A stretch of 63,364 bases of DNA, counting the filler, from Octopus bimaculoides (lineage: Eukaryota), in assembly GCF_001194135.2 (NCBI RefSeq). It is 4 parts of 4 records of this genome, joined end to end, with 100 filler letters (N's around TTAATTAATTAA, not from the genome) between each part and the next. Parts side by side here need not be neighbours in the genome. Positions count along the whole stretch, not along the records: positions 44,874 to 61,926 come from NC_068987.1; positions 62,027 to 63,364 come from NC_069001.1; 2 more parts are not named here. The stretch is one strand, 5' to 3'. Below the pieces are notes generated by a model, which did not search any database, was not told the origin of the DNA, and saw nothing but the letters and a program-made list of their open reading frames with translations. This document shows positions 49,526 to 63,364 of this stretch, piece by piece. Each line of letters opens with the position of its first letter. Positions within the stretch are counted from its first letter, which is position 1. Made by a program: the position numbers and the translations under genes.

Positions 49526-52500
49526 CAAGGAATTGTCGTTGCTGCCTTCCCCCTTCCCCTTCCCCTTCTGTTCTGCTTCCTCCTTGGGAGTCCAGTGGTC
49601 TAAGGACAATATTGTTACGTTTGATGAATCAAGCTTCACACATTAACCACTAAGGAAGAAATGTGTACATAGGTGCTGTATGTCTGAGTAAGCATGTTCG
49701 AGTTAATGAAAGGTGGTGNNNNNNNNNNNNNNNNNNNNNNNNNNNNNNNNNNNNNNNNNNNNNNNNNNNNNNNNNNNNNNNNNNNNNNNNNNNNNNNNNN
49801 NNNNNNNNNNNNNNNNNNNNNNNNNNNNNNNNNNNNNNNNNNNNNNNNNNNNNNNNNNNNNNNNNNNNNNNNNNNNNNNNNNNNNNNNNNNNNNNNNNNN
49901 NNNNNNNNNNNNNNNNNNNNNNNNNNNNNNNNNNNNNNNNNNNNNNNNNNNNNNNNNNNNNNNNNNNNNNNNNNNNNNNNNNNNNNNNNNNNNNNNNNNN
50001 NNNNNNNNNNNNNNNNNNNNNNNNNNNNNNNNNNNNNNNNNNNNNNNNNNNNNNNNNNNNNNNNNNNNNNNNNNNNNNNNNNNNNNNNNNNNNNNNNNNN
50101 NNNNNNNNNNNNNNNNGTCTACCAAATCCACTCACAAGGTTTTGGTCAGCCTGAAGCTGTAGTAGAAGACACTTGCCCAAGGTGCCACGAAGTGGGACTG
50201 AACCTGGAGCCATGTTTAACAGCCACTAAATTTAGTGACTTATGAATTTAAATAAAAATGGTGCTCTTTCGCATTTTCTGAAAGCTAAATATTCTGATGA
50301 GTTTCTCAAATGTTTGTCCATTTTAACCCATAAAACGCTGGGATTTGCACTTACATAGCATGGACTGCTGAGCACATTTTATGAAAATGAGACTACCATG
50401 CACACATAAAAAACAAAAATAGTTAAAATATCTTCTTGGTATTTGGTGGCAAGTTTTACATCATCTGAGAAGTCAATAGTTGAACTATTTAGTCCTTTTG
50501 CATTCTGCGGGGTATTGGAGTGTTTGAGTGATATTAGACCCCAACAAACACCCATAAATTAAATGCATCTATCGTGGCCTGTTGACCTGTGCCTGACAGC
50601 CATGATTGTGGCCTGTTGCGCTTTATGTGTTAAATTCTATCTTAATCTGAAACCTAGTCTGATGTTTATATCAAAGGAAATGATATTTGCAACACTAATG
50701 TGTGTGGAGTGGTGTCAATAATTCTGTAGTAGCTATTGTTTTCTACTGCTTAACCCTTTTGTTACCAAATTTCTGTTGAACTACTCTGCCTTTGTTTCAG
50801 TTATTTCAAAATAATAAAGAATTTAGTAAAATAACTCTGTCATTATTAACCCAATGTGTGGAATATAATTTAACATGAACTTTTGATGGAAGTTTTTAAT
50901 TCAGAGAACTTCAAAACAGGAAATTTGTGTCATAGAATTATGGGTGGTTGCAGACAAGTTAGTATGAAAAGGGTTTAAACAGTTGAATATGGTATGGGAA
51001 GTTAAAATTCCAGCAATCTTTTGGAGAAAGTATATAAAAAGTGAAAGTATTTGTTTAGTAATTTCTGTAAAAATTTTGCATTTCCTCAATTTTTTCCAAT
51101 TGAATCACATATGTTTATGCAATTTTTATCTATGTGCTTGTGTGTATATGTATATATTTTGCATATGTAAGTATATGTATGTTTATCTGCATGTATGTGT
51201 ATACATGTCTATTTGTGTATACACTGATACACATATGCATATGCTTTACATACACAAATATACATACATACATACATACACAGAAAATACATAAACAAAC
51301 AATTCAACTGAAAGGCATTGAAGAAATATAAAACTTATTAAAGAAATTGACAAACAATTTCACTTTCACTTTTCACATATTTTCTCTGAAAGATAGCCAT
51401 ACTTCCTAGTAATATGACAATATCAAGATCTCTTAGGATGTTTTTATTATTCTGTCATTACTTACTGTGCAGATCTATGATCTTCCTGTCATGACCATCC
51501 TATCTAGGACTGTGTTATCCAATATCTTTTTCTTTTTACTTGTTGCTATTATTGGACTGTGGCCATGCCAGGACACCAAGTTGAAGGGTTTTTTAGTTGA
51601 ACAAATCAACCCCAGAACTTATTTTTTAGTCTCGTTCTTATTTGTTTCGATTTCTTTTACTGAACTGCAAATTTGCAGGGATGTAAACAAAGCAACATTA
51701 GTTGTCAAGGGGTGGGATGGAGAGAACACACACACATACATAATGGACTTTGACACATTTTCTGTCTACTAATTCCACTCACATGGCATTGGTTGACCTA
51801 AGGCTATAGTAGAAAGCACTTGCCCAGGATACCGTATAGTGGGACTGAACCTGAAACCGTGTGGTTGCAAGTTGAGCTTCTTAACCTCAGAGTCATGCCT
51901 GTGCTTATGTGAGCAAAAAAAAAAAGAGTTTTAAAGAAAATCACTCTGAGGAAAGTAGTGGTGGACTGCATTGGAAAAAAGAAATTGTCTGGTGTAGATT
52001 GTGAGTTTGGATAAGTTTTATGCTGTGAAGAGGAATCTTACTTTGGAGCTGACATTTGATCTAAGTGGAAAGATATTTTTTCAGCTGAGGTTTTTATATA
52101 GTACTGAGAATAACAACAGGGTTAAGTTGAAGGAGGATGGCGTAAATATACAAAGTGTGTTTAAAATAATGTATTTTAAAAAAAACACACATACACACAT
52201 GAACTTACAAAAAAATTAACTTTTTGTTTTGTCATGTAACTATACAAAATTGAATATTTTAATTCCTGTTATTAATTTTTTTTGTTGTTTTTACATTACA
52301 TACAACCATTTTGTTTGTATTTCATTTCCTCTTTCCCGTCACCACTAATGTTCTCTGTCATCACCGTCATTGTTTAACATCTGTTTTTCCCTGCTGGCAT
52401 GGGTTGGACAGTTTGATAGTATCCAGTGAGCTGCAGGCTGGCACACAAAGTTCCAGTGTTGGCATTCGCATGAAACAGCTAGATGCTTTTCCTAACACCA

Positions 52501-52849
52501 ACCACATGACTGTGTACTGGATGCCCTTTCTTGAGTGTGAGGTACCAGGACTAGTGGGGATTGCCAAATAACTTGGCAAAGCAACTTCATAGTATTACAT
52601 TGTTTATGTATGTTGTGTATTTTCGGTACTCTCTAAACACTTCAGTTGAAAATCTCTTTCCCTTCATTGCAAAGTGTCAGTCTTGAGACATAGTTGATAA
52701 AATGTGGGTCAGATAGCACTCCATCAGCATATGCCATGTTAGTGTAATCTAACTAGAAGCCACTGAGCTAAAAGATGTAAAATGCATGGGCCCCAGAGGT
52801 GGGCTATTTCAACTGGACTACCCTGTATGAGAGTATCTTGTAACATGAT

Positions 52850-53480
52850 CCTTCTGTTTCAACAAGTATCCTGTACCAGCTTTACTGAGGTTGAGGGCAA
52901 CACTGATCTCACCAAATTTATGCTTGTAGGTGAGCAGTTTTAAAAATTGATTCATATGCCAGTCACAGTTAAAAGGTTTGCTGATGTTGAAGGTAATAAC
53001 ACTGCTTTCACCAAATTCCTAGCAAACAACATTGGAAAGTAAGTCTCCTGTAGATGTGACTTTATGAAAACTGTCTTGGTGGTCCACTATGGAGGGAGAA
53101 AAATTCAATGTGTTGGTGTTGGAGAATTTGTTGTTAATGACTGTCTCCATTACTTTTAAGATATTGGAAGTGAGTGTGATAGAGTGGCAGTTGGTAGAGA
53201 GATTGGCCTTCATGGGGAGGGGACAAATTGTAGCATGCCAAAGATTAGGATATCCTGTTGAGAGGTAGAGAGAGTGAAATGTTCAATGGAAATAGGGATT
53301 ACTTCTGGGGGCACATTGTTTGAGGGTAATGCAAAGGATATTGTCAGATCCTTTTTAGTTTGAAACTGGGCATCAGACTGACCTGGAGGCTAAACAATAA
53401 CATATTGTGCTTCTGCTTCCTGTGGCATAGAGCTTCATCTACCCATACTAAGTACCAAATATGTAGGTAGAAGGCACTAT
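52850..53480 (-). mobile_element. Old CR1/L2-type LINE reverse transcriptase fragment
   Basis: ANLSTNCHSITLTSNILKVMETVINN...DHQDSFHKVTSTGDLL...FGESSVITFNISKPF, a decayed form of NYRPIxLTS...HQxGFRxxRST...LDISKAFD. Confidence 0.7.
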
Positions 53481-56400
53481 GTCTTCAGGCACTTCCGGGT
53501 GGTTATGAACATAGTTGGTGATGAGGTATGAGCTTTTTTCCGTTTCGAGTTTGACATCCTTTTGGCTCAATTAACTGCATTTTGGTCTTTAATAGAGTGT
53601 TGTTGGGAAATATTTGTGTAACAATGGTGAAAAGAGGAGTGTAAAAACAACTACCGGTAATTCTTTTGAAGGATAACTTTTTCAGTAGATTCAAAATGAG
53701 TGGGAACAACATAAGAGTTGGGTTTGAACTGCTGAAATTACTCTTTCCCTGTCTTTCTCTCTCTCTCTCCTGCCAGATGTGACCAACAACACAACACCAC
53801 TTACACACATTTGCATGAAGCCATATTCACGATGAATCTTATAATTAATCTGACTCATATAGATAGCCAATGGCAGAATTATGACAATACATCATGTTTT
53901 AGATTATGAATAATTTTACTTTTTTTATTTATTTATATGTTTATATGCCCATCCTTTTTGGGTAGTAGCTTTTTCTGATGACTAACTGAAGCTTGTGAAT
54001 TTTGTGGTTTTTGTTTCTAGCCCTTTTGAAATTGCATTTCTGCAAAACAGTAAATGAATGTAATTCTGGTTTAACTTTTGACATTTTGAATTTTGTTTTT
54101 TCTTTTCTTTGGATTATTTTTCTTTTTGTTACTCTTTTTCATTCAGTCTCTCTACATATGTATGGACATCATTAATATTAAGTCACTTGTTAATATTAGT
54201 TGCTGGTAATGTTGTAAGCTGTGTTCTCTTTTGAAAACTGAGTTGATCATAGGCATTGTTGCCAGAAAACTGATGGCTATACGATGCTAGCGTTTGCTTA
54301 TATATTGTAGTATAAGGTCTTGGAGGTTTCCTAGAAACTCAAAAGGTTAAGGTTAGTTGTTGTTTTTTAGTCTCAGGTTGAAGGAACGATTAAGCAGCTG
54401 AGAAAAGTTGGACATGAAAACATTTTATCAACCTGTTTAGCCCATCTAGACATCAAAACATGCATGGCCATACTGTGGCAGTCTGTACCTCTTCATTTAA
54501 ACTAGTCACATCTAGCCCAAATATTTTGCATGTTTTATGCCGAAACCAGTTTACAATGTCATTCTAAAAACAATCACATCATTTAAATCTCAAAGCTAGG
54601 AGACAATGCATGATTAATTCAAAGCAGTGTGAATAAATAAGCATTAAATTTGACAGAATAATGTGAATGCTGAAGGTTTAATTCATTACTTTCTTGTGAA
54701 TCATTGAATTCTGTTGTTTTGATGTCTGGAAATGAGTCTGGTATATTGGAGAAAAGAGACTAGATTGAACTGGAGCTTTCACCATTTGACCTTGCATTTG
54801 ATGTCTAAAAAGTATGAAGTGTTTGTTAGATAGCTTAGATCAAGTAATTTTCTTTGTAGACTGTGATAGAATGTCTTTGATAATATTTGAATGGAAGGTT
54901 TTTTTTTTTTTCTTTTTGTCATTGTATAACCTTACTCTCTCTCTCACATCTGTAAGGTTCAGTATAATTTGCACCAAAGATATGCAGACAACTACTTGTT
55001 AAAGAATTCCTGGCTTAACATCTGAAACCTAGGTAAACTTATTGTTAATGTACTTGTGTCACCCACACATAACCTGATTTTGAAAAGGTTATACATTCAA
55101 ATGGAGTGATAGTGTTGGGCAAGCTTTGCTTCAAAAATTATCAGTAAACATGATGAAATTGGATTACATCATGAGAGAAATTCCATATGATTTTAGAAAC
55201 TTCACTGACGTGACAGAAAACTGTTGAAATGAGATTTTTTTTGTTTTGTTTTTTTCATTGCTGCACTTTTTTCTTTTGAATATTTTCCTGTTTTCTTAAA
55301 TATCAAAGAGTAAAATCAATAAATGAATATAACAATTCTCTCTCTTTTTATTTTGATCTATCACTATGTGATCTTTGATAGAATTTTGACCTCTTTTGTT
55401 ATGCATAATCTTTATCATTGATTCTCAATGAAAGATGTTTGATCCGTTACCTTGCTATCTCTTATAAATGATGCTGTCATTCTCTTCCTTGGTGTCTAGC
55501 TTATATTTCAATTACCTGAATCAATTTTCCATCTTTTATAAATTGCATATTGTCCTTGTGTCTTAGAATTTGTCCCTTTCAATTCTTTATCCCTTATACA
55601 ATTTCATGTTTTCCCTAAATATCTCTCAGTGGGTGAATGGATTTACATTATTCCTTTGAATTTGGACACTTCCGATGTTTGATCTTATAGTTATATATTT
55701 TTATGTATTTTTTTTTATTCATGTCATTTCCAATTGATAGAGATTTTATCTATCTCTTTCTTTGTTCCGAATACTATGGTGAATGTTTATTTGATCTTGG
55801 AATCTTGATGTTTTATTATAAATCTTTTAGATTTGGTTGTGGTAATGGTAATAACAAGCCTTGGCAGTAATGTTCAGAAGAGAATTTGTGCTTTAAAGAT
55901 TTTATTATTCTACAAGTCTTGTATCAAAATATTTCTTGGTCTACAGTGGATTAATTATCCTTACCAATATAATGCTTTACCAAAATAAATGTCCCCCTAC
56001 TTCTTTGTTTTAGTCTTACGTGTCTTTTGAATCCAGTCATTTCACATATGCTAACATTGATTGAAGATAACTTTTTTAAAATACAAACACACCACCCATT
56101 TTCCTGTACTCTTGGTTCCAGACCTGTGTCAGATTATCTGTTTTTCTGGATTAACAGAAGGCATGTAATAATAATTCAGGGTAAATTCCTAGCAGACTGA
56201 TACCACATTACTACTGACTTTATTTTGCCACTAAGCCTTTATAAAATACCTGTTTATTTATTAGAAATATGTCTTAAAATTGGAAATATTCTTCTGCCCC
56301 TATAAATAATATGAAGGCGCAAATATTTAAAACAAAACAAAATCTAATCTACACACTAACTTCTTAACCACTGGACTGTCTCTTGAAATGAAATTGTGGA

Positions 56401-58912
56401 AGGCATATATTTACCTTCTTTCATGCTGGGACATTGTATTCTCTGCAGTGAAGGTTAAAGTTATCTATTAACTTGCTCTTTGCAGAAAGAGAGAATTCTT
56501 AGAGACTTAGCATTTGGTGTTAGATTTAGTTTTAGACATTTGCATCTTTATATTTTTACAGTTATGTGCAAGGAGAGTGTTACCACATTCCTGATATGTT
56601 ACTAGTAAATGTGTGTGTGTTGTAAAAGCTTTAGTAGTGAAAAAGTTATTAGCAATGGTCATGGGAAATTTAAGCACCATTACATAATCATGTCTGGATT
56701 ACCAGATCATCAGTTATTGGAAAATCAGTAGTATTAGGTTATGAAAACTGTACAGATATAATTTTTGTAATACCAGCTTAAACTGAATTAAGTAAAAAGA
56801 TGTTTTGGCACCCATTTTAATGTATGCTTTGAATTTTATCAAGAAGGGAGACATGGACAAGGAAGCAGCTCAGAGGATGGAGCTCTAAGAGAAAAAAACA
56901 CAAAGGTGTTTAAAAAGATTTTTTTTGTGTGTGCAGTCTCAGACAAAGCAGTATATTATGAGTTTTTGAGATGACTATTATTAGGGTTAGCAAAGAGTAA
57001 ACCAATTGAAAGCGTTGAAGGCATTTAAAGTAATTATATAAAAAATATCAGAAAGATGAATTGTGGATAGTGTGTGAATCCCCTTGAATTTCATTGTAAA
57101 TGCCAAACCGTTTCCAGCATCATAGTGGCTGTGGGTTGTCTCTGGTTTAACACTGGATGTAGGTTTGGATTAGTACAGTGGTGGTTTTATGGCTAGGTCT
57201 AATGCAGTAGTACATTGGTTTGGTTACAATATACTGGTGAATGTTTGCTGATATTGCTGTACTGAAGTTGGCATTGTTTGTATATATATATATATATATA
57301 TATACCTGAAAATAAGAATTGTTGAGGGAAAAGTGTCTATTCTCATCTGCAGCTACCATGTTTTCTATCTGTTGTGATAGAAACAAGGATCCAGATCACA
57401 AAATTCAGGACATACTTCATTAATATATTGATGCAAGCATTCAGAATATGAAACTGTTCTACATATATATATATATATATATANNNNNNNNNNNNNNNNN
57501 NNNNNNNNNNNNNNNNNNNNNNNNNNNNNNNNNNNNNNNNNNNNNNNNNNNNNNNNNNNNNNNNNNNNNNNNNNNNNNNNNNNNNNNNNNNNNNNNNNNN
57601 NNNNNNNNNNNNNNNNNNNNNNNNNNNNNNNNNNNNNNNNNNNNNNNNNNNNNNNNNNNNNNNNNNNNNNNNNNNNNNNNNNNNNNNNNNNNNNNNNNNN
57701 NNNNNNNNNNNNNNNNNNNNNNNNNNNNNNNNNNNNNNNNNNNNNNNNNNNNNNNNNNNNNNNNNNNNNNNNNNNNNNNNNNNNNNNNNNNNNNNNNNNN
57801 NNNNNNNNNNNNNNNNNNNNNNNNNNNNNNNNNNNNNNNNNNNNNNNNNNNNNNNNNNNNNNNNNNNNNNNNNNNNNNNNNNNNNNNNNNNNNNNNNNNN
57901 NNNNNNNNNNNNNNNNNNNNNNNNNNNNNNNNNNNNNNNNNNNNNNNNNNNNNNNNNNNNNNNNNNNNNNNNNNNNNNNNNNNNNNNNNNNNNNNNNNNN
58001 NNNNNNNNNNNNNNNNNNNNNNNNNNNNNNNNNNNNNNNNNNNNNNNNNNNNNNNNNNNNNNNNNNNNNNNNNNNNNNNNNNNNNNNNNNNNNNNNNNNN
58101 NNNNNNNNNNNNNNNNNNNNNNNNNNNNNNNNNNNNNNNNNNNNNNNNNNNNNNNNNNNNNNNNNNNNNNNNNNNNNNNNNNNNNNNNNNNNNNNNNNNN
58201 NNNNNNNNNNNNNNNNNNNNNNNNNNNNNNNNNNNNNNNNNNNNNNNNNNNNNNNNNNNNNNNNNNNNNNNNNNNNNNNNNNNNNNNNNNNNNNNNNNNN
58301 NNNNNNNNNNNNNNNNNNNNNNNNNNNNNNNNNNNNNNNNNNNNNNNNNNNNNNNNNNNNNNATTCCAACTGCTTTTAGCTTTTCTATGTCTCTATCTTG
58401 TCAATAGTGAAAGTGCATTTATTACCTACGACATACTAAGTATATATAATATTCATAATATTCTAAATATGTATATGTGAATATTTATTGTTTCAACTTG
58501 GAAAATAATCTTTCTTTAAGCTCAGAAGCTGGTATAATTTTTACACATAAAGAAATAATCTTGCTTTTTCTGGACAGTTTTTACATCCACTCTTAAGATT
58601 TGTCTCCTGAAAGTGCATGATATTAAGCTTTATAACATGTAAGAGAATTTGCTCGTGCGCGCGCACACACACACACACACACATATTGATTATATGTCCT
58701 TTGGTTTATTTCTTATGCTTTTAATGTTCATATCGATATTGTTACTGATACCACATTTTCTTACAGATAGATTGAAACTTATTCTACTTAAGATCTAGTT
58801 ATTAGAAATGTTGGTAGTTATCATTATTGATTTTCTTTTTACTTTTTAGCTCTGATTTCTTCACCTTGTAAATTGTTAATGCTTTTATTGTTGTTATTAT
58901 TTTTATTATCGT

Positions 58913-59600
58913 TAGGGCAGTGGATTGACAGACACGTTAGTGTGTCACACAAAACACTGAGCAGCACTTATTCTAGCTTCTTTATATTCTGATTTCAAAT
59001 CCTGTTGAAGTTGGCTTTGCTTTTCATCCTTCCAGTGTTAAACTTTACCTTTCATCCCTTCAGAGTTGATGAAAATAAAGCACCCGTCAAAAGCAGGTTG
59101 ATTTAATTGACAAACTCACTTCTCCGAAATTTGCTGGTCTTGAACCTAAATCAGAAACAATTAGGAGTGGTGAATTTGTACAATCTTTTAAGCATTGGGC
59201 AAAATGCTTCAAGACATTTCTTAGAGTTCTTTACATTCTGAGTTCATATTCCATCAAAGTCAACTTTGCCTTTCATTCTTTGAGGTCAATAAAATAGAAA
59301 AGTACCAGTCAACTACTGGAGTCAGTGTGATTGGCTAACACCCTCTCCTAAAAATTTCTGGTCTTGTACTTAAGTTTAGAAATCACCACCACCATCATGG
59401 TGGTGGGTTGGCAGAATCATTAGGTAGTTTTGCTGGATTTAGTTCTAGTTCTTTATACTCTGAGTTCAAATTTGGCTGAGCTTAAATTTGCCTTCCATCC
59501 TTTCAAGATGGATGAAATAAGCTACCAATCAAACGCTAAGGTTGATAGTTGCAACTAATCCCTCCCCACAGGAATGTTGGCCTTGTGGTTGAATTAGAAA
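58913..59600 (+). mobile_element. Three old family C SINEs head to tail
   Basis: Recurrent ttctgagttcaaat...tttgcctttcatcctt...aagtaccagtcaa at ~240-bp spacing. Confidence 0.65.
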
Positions 59601-61773
59601 TAATTTATTATTGTCATTAACACTTATTAAAAAAAAAAATTATTATCTATTATGCACATTGTCACCACCACCACACCCACCATGCCCACATTCTATCAAG
59701 ACTGCATCTAATGGTATTTTTTCCTTATCATACTAGCTTTCTCAAATTGAAGCAGATATTAATCATAGAATTCTAATCATCATTTAACATTAGAACTTAT
59801 TTCCATTGTTGATTTGGTAATAAGAGCAATTGCCCAGTAATATAATCGTGACTGTCTTTCTGATAATTTTGCTGTTTTATTGTTCTCACATGAAAGTGCA
59901 TACCAGTCCATTGATATGGCCATCACATACTTGGATAACAAGTTCTACTCTATGGTAACAGTGAACTTGTTTGTCTTTAAATGTACCATGGCTGTGAGAT
60001 CATTCATCTTAGATTTGTTTTTCTATGCTAGCATGGGTTAGACAAGTACATGTTGATGCATTGATTTTTACAGTTTGACTAGCCTTCCTGTCATCAACCC
60101 TTAGGTATATTTTCTAAGTAAAGGAGTTTTCATTCCATTCATGTTTGAAAGTACAGAGCTAACAAATGATTTGTTGGCAGGGAAATGTCAACAATATTAC
60201 TTACTTGTCCATAGCCCAGCAATTCTTTGTAGAGGCAGAGAATGTAAACTTTTGTACAAACACATATGCATTACATACATTTGCTTAAAGTGTTTTTTTT
60301 TTCTATGTTAGCACTAGATTGGATGAAGACATTATTGGGTATTGTTTTATAGTTGGATGCTCTTCTTGTCACTAACCCTTGCTTGTTTTCCAAATGAGGA
60401 ATATTTATTCCACTTGTTTTCAAAAGAGCTGAGTTACAAGGCAATTTTATGGTAGGCAAATTGTTAACATGACACCACCTTCTCGAGTGATTTTGTGTGA
60501 AGATGTTGAATAATGTAAGCAAAGATACTACAGTTTCTCTGTCAAGTTCACTCACTGACAAGGAGTTGATTGACCTGAGGTTGACTCTTTCCCAAGGTGT
60601 TGCACATTGCAACTAAATCCCAAACCATGTGGTTGCAAAGCAAACTGCTTAATCATGCAACCAGGTTTGCACCTTTATGTTTATTTGATTCAAGAACTAA
60701 TCTTTCATAATTATTCATGATAAAAATCCTGGAAATTCTCCTTAGAAGAAAATATGGCAAAAGTATTTAACTGGAAATAAAGAAGTTTCAGTGTTATTGC
60801 TTTGATCTAGATCAGCCCTAAGTGAGCTGACCTATAATCCAAATTGTTCCAGGACTATATTATTGACTTTTTAGAATGGTTGAGAGAGATTTAGCTGCTA
60901 TTTCTTGGAAGTCAAGTGACTTACTACAAGCATTCTTTTTTTTTTTTAGTGTACTATTTCATTGTCACACAACAATTAATCTACATAACCAAACTGGCAA
61001 TCATTAACCATCAACCAATGATATTTTCATTAAGTTTTTTTTTTTCCCCCCAAACATTTGCTTTAAGAGATAACCCTGTAAGTTTTTGGGATAAAGAAAC
61101 TTAAAAATGAATAGTCTGGAAAAAAAGGTGTTTAGTGAATTACCAGAGCACATTAAAAGGATAACTAGAAGTTTCATAGGGAGTTAGTATGATGATGTGT
61201 TGCTACTCTATTGAAACCCACACTCTTGAGAGTATGGATGGGGCTTCAAAGAGAAATTACTGGAAAGTTACTCTGCTTTAGGGACTTAGAGGTCTATAGG
61301 TACCATCCTAACCCCGAGATATTTCTGTAAGTAGAATCATGGCTTAAAGGTAATCTAACAACAGAAAAATAAAAATGTAGCATAGATAGAAATAGAAACA
61401 AGAGGTTAATATTCCAGTTGGTTAATACTACCATGTGCTTAGATATTTATAAAATATGCAAGTAGTTTATGGCTGTCAAGACATTTTTTTAAAGACTAAA
61501 TTACTCATAAGACAAGAAAAGTACTTTTGTATATATCAGATAAAATTATGTAGGCACATTAAACTATTTCCTTCATTTTATCTAAAAGTGTATATTACTT
61601 TCACTTTTAGTTAAAGGTTATATATCATCATTTAATGTCCACCTGCCATGCTGGCAAGTTTTGGGTGGTTTGACAAGAGGTGGCAAGCCAGAAGATTGCA
61701 TTGAGCTCACTGGCTGCGTTGGTATGGTTTTGCATTTAATAGCGTTTATTTTTAAGTATTTACACATACATAT

Positions 61774-61926
61774 CCTCACCTGTGCTTGTGCCACGTAAAA
61801 GGCACTACTCACCTCACCTGTGCTTGTGCCACGTAAAAGGCACTACTCACCTCACCTGTGCTTGTGCCACGTAAAAGGCACTACTCACCTCACCTGTGCT
61901 TGTGCCACGTAAAAGGCACTACTCAC
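61774..61926 (+). repeat. Minisatellite, four perfect 38-bp units running into a gap
   Basis: Unit CCTCACCTGTGCTTGTGCCACGTAAAAGGCACTACTCA at 61774, 61812, 61850 and 61888. Confidence 0.97.
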
Positions 61927-62026
61927 NNNNNNNNNNNNNNNNNNNNNNNNNNNNNNNNNNNNNNNNNNNNTTAATTAATTAANNNNNNNNNNNNNNNNNN
62001 NNNNNNNNNNNNNNNNNNNNNNNNNN
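61927..62026. other. Synthetic scaffold spacer
   Basis: Same 44+12+44 structure. Confidence 0.95.
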
Positions 62027-62207
62027 ATTAGATTGGAGCCTGGTGTTGCCATCCGGTTTCACCAGTCCTCAGTCAAATCGTCCAACCCATGCTAGCATGG
62101 AAAGCGGACGTTAAACGATGATGATGATGATGATGATATACACACACATAAAAAATAATTGATTTTTCAAATAATACACACTTATAGGAAGGAAATAAAC
62201 AAAACTG

Positions 62208-62535
62208 GTTCAGTCCCACTGCGTGACACCTTGGGCAAGTGTCTTCTACTATCGCCTCGGGCTGACCAAAGCCTTGTGAGTGGATTTGGTAGACGGAAAC
62301 TGAAAGAAGCCTGTCGTATATATATATATATGTGTGTTTGTGTATCTGTGTTTGTTCCCCCACCATCGCTTGACCACCGATGCTGGTGTGTTTATGTCCC
62401 TGTAACTTAGCAGTTCGGCAAAAAGAGGCCGATAGAATAAGTACTAGGCTCCAAAGAATAAGTTCTGGGGTCGATTTGCTCGACTAAAGGCGGTGCTCCA
62501 GCATGACCACAGTCAAATGACAAACAAGTAAAAGA
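62208..62535 (+). mobile_element. SINE family A copy, 5'-truncated
   Basis: Starts at the B-box ggttcagtccc; full tail. Confidence 0.8.
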
Positions 62536-63130
62536 GTAAAACTGAAAAATTAGACAAGCTCTAGGAGTCCTTTACATTTAAGCAAGTGTATTTCATGAAA
62601 TCAATTATAACACCTGGTGGAAATTATTGTACCTGTTTCACTAATGGTTTTTAGACTTGCTAATATTTTTTTTTTCTCGTTTGCATTCATATTTCTAACC
62701 CTTTAATATTTAAACTGGCGATAACTGCCCCAAATATTCTACCTGTATTTTGATCAAACTGACCAGATCCAACCATTAACATTTACCTTACAATGACATT
62801 CTAGAAATATACGATTATCAAAATCTCAAAGCTGTGATATAATGCATAATTGATTCAAAACAACATTAATAAATAAGCATTATATTCAACAGATAATCTA
62901 AGGGTGGAACCTACTAATATTTGTTTTTCAGTCTGTTGGCAAATGGTTGAAAATCTTAAAGCCTCTAATTAATACATCAAGACAAAAATTTGTTTAATTA
63001 TTCAGCAGAGAGCAATCAAAGTGAGACTTACTTCTTGTTTTTTCTGTCGGACTTGGTGAAGAAAATCTTTTAGTAGATACAATTCTATCCGTTTACAGTC
63101 CTACAAAGAAGAAAGAAAGAAATATTATAT

Positions 63131-63364
63131 CATCATCATCATCATCATCATCGTCTAACGTCCGCCTTCCATGCTAGCATGGGTTGGACGATTTGACTGA
63201 GGACTGGTGAAACCGGATGGCAACACCAGGCTCCAATCTAATTTGGCAGAGTTTCTACAGCTGGATGCCCTTCCTAACGCCAACCACTCAGAGAGTGTAG
63301 TGGGTGCTTTTACGTGTCACCCGCACAAAAACGGCCACGCTCGAAATGGTGTCTTTTATGTGCC
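63131..63364 (-). mobile_element. RTE-related non-autonomous retroposon, family D, (GAT)n tail (other copies ~15585, 23761, 25830, 31915, 52350, 61620; opposite strand at 62028)
   Basis: On -: GGTTGGCGTTAGGAAGGGCATCCAGCTGTAGAAAC...GGACGTTAGACGATGATGATG; the tail resembles RTE 3' ends (inference). Confidence 0.75.

Noticed and set aside
61774-61926. CRISPR-like 38-bp repeats
   Set aside because: The units are contiguous with no spacers, there are no cas genes, and the context is eukaryotic.

Overview
Eukaryotic, AT-rich, repeat-dense draft-assembly DNA with about 17 N-gaps, three of them synthetic 100-nt spacers (44 N + TTAATTAATTAA + 44 N). The repeat families and microsatellite load look like an Octopus/cephalopod genome; this is inference from recalled repeat families, not a database match. 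Two host genes are supportable. The first is the 5' half of a spliced TAF7 (TFIID subunit 7) on + (five coding exons, 10422-16739, 164 aa, phases consistent). The second is one exon of a REXO4-like DEDDh exonuclease on - (17502-17695). They face each other across a synthetic join and both lack their 3' halves. The rest is mostly mobile DNA: a full-length but broken Tc1 element with DD36E spacing, mariner fragments and MITEs, RTE, R4/Dong-like and CR1-like LINE fragments, Helitron helicase fragments and termini, four SINE-like families, and many microsatellites. The best leads are a minimal hammerhead-ribozyme-like motif inside a perfect 48-bp inverted repeat (probably Penelope-derived), a candidate poison exon in TAF7, long dsRNA-forming palindromes, a telomere-repeat-cored nested MITE, and an unexplained cluster of minus-strand splice donors at 0.65-2.6 kb. 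There are no prokaryotic systems (CRISPR, operons). Most ORF-track entries are gap or microsatellite artefacts. Repeat boundaries were read by eye and are approximate.
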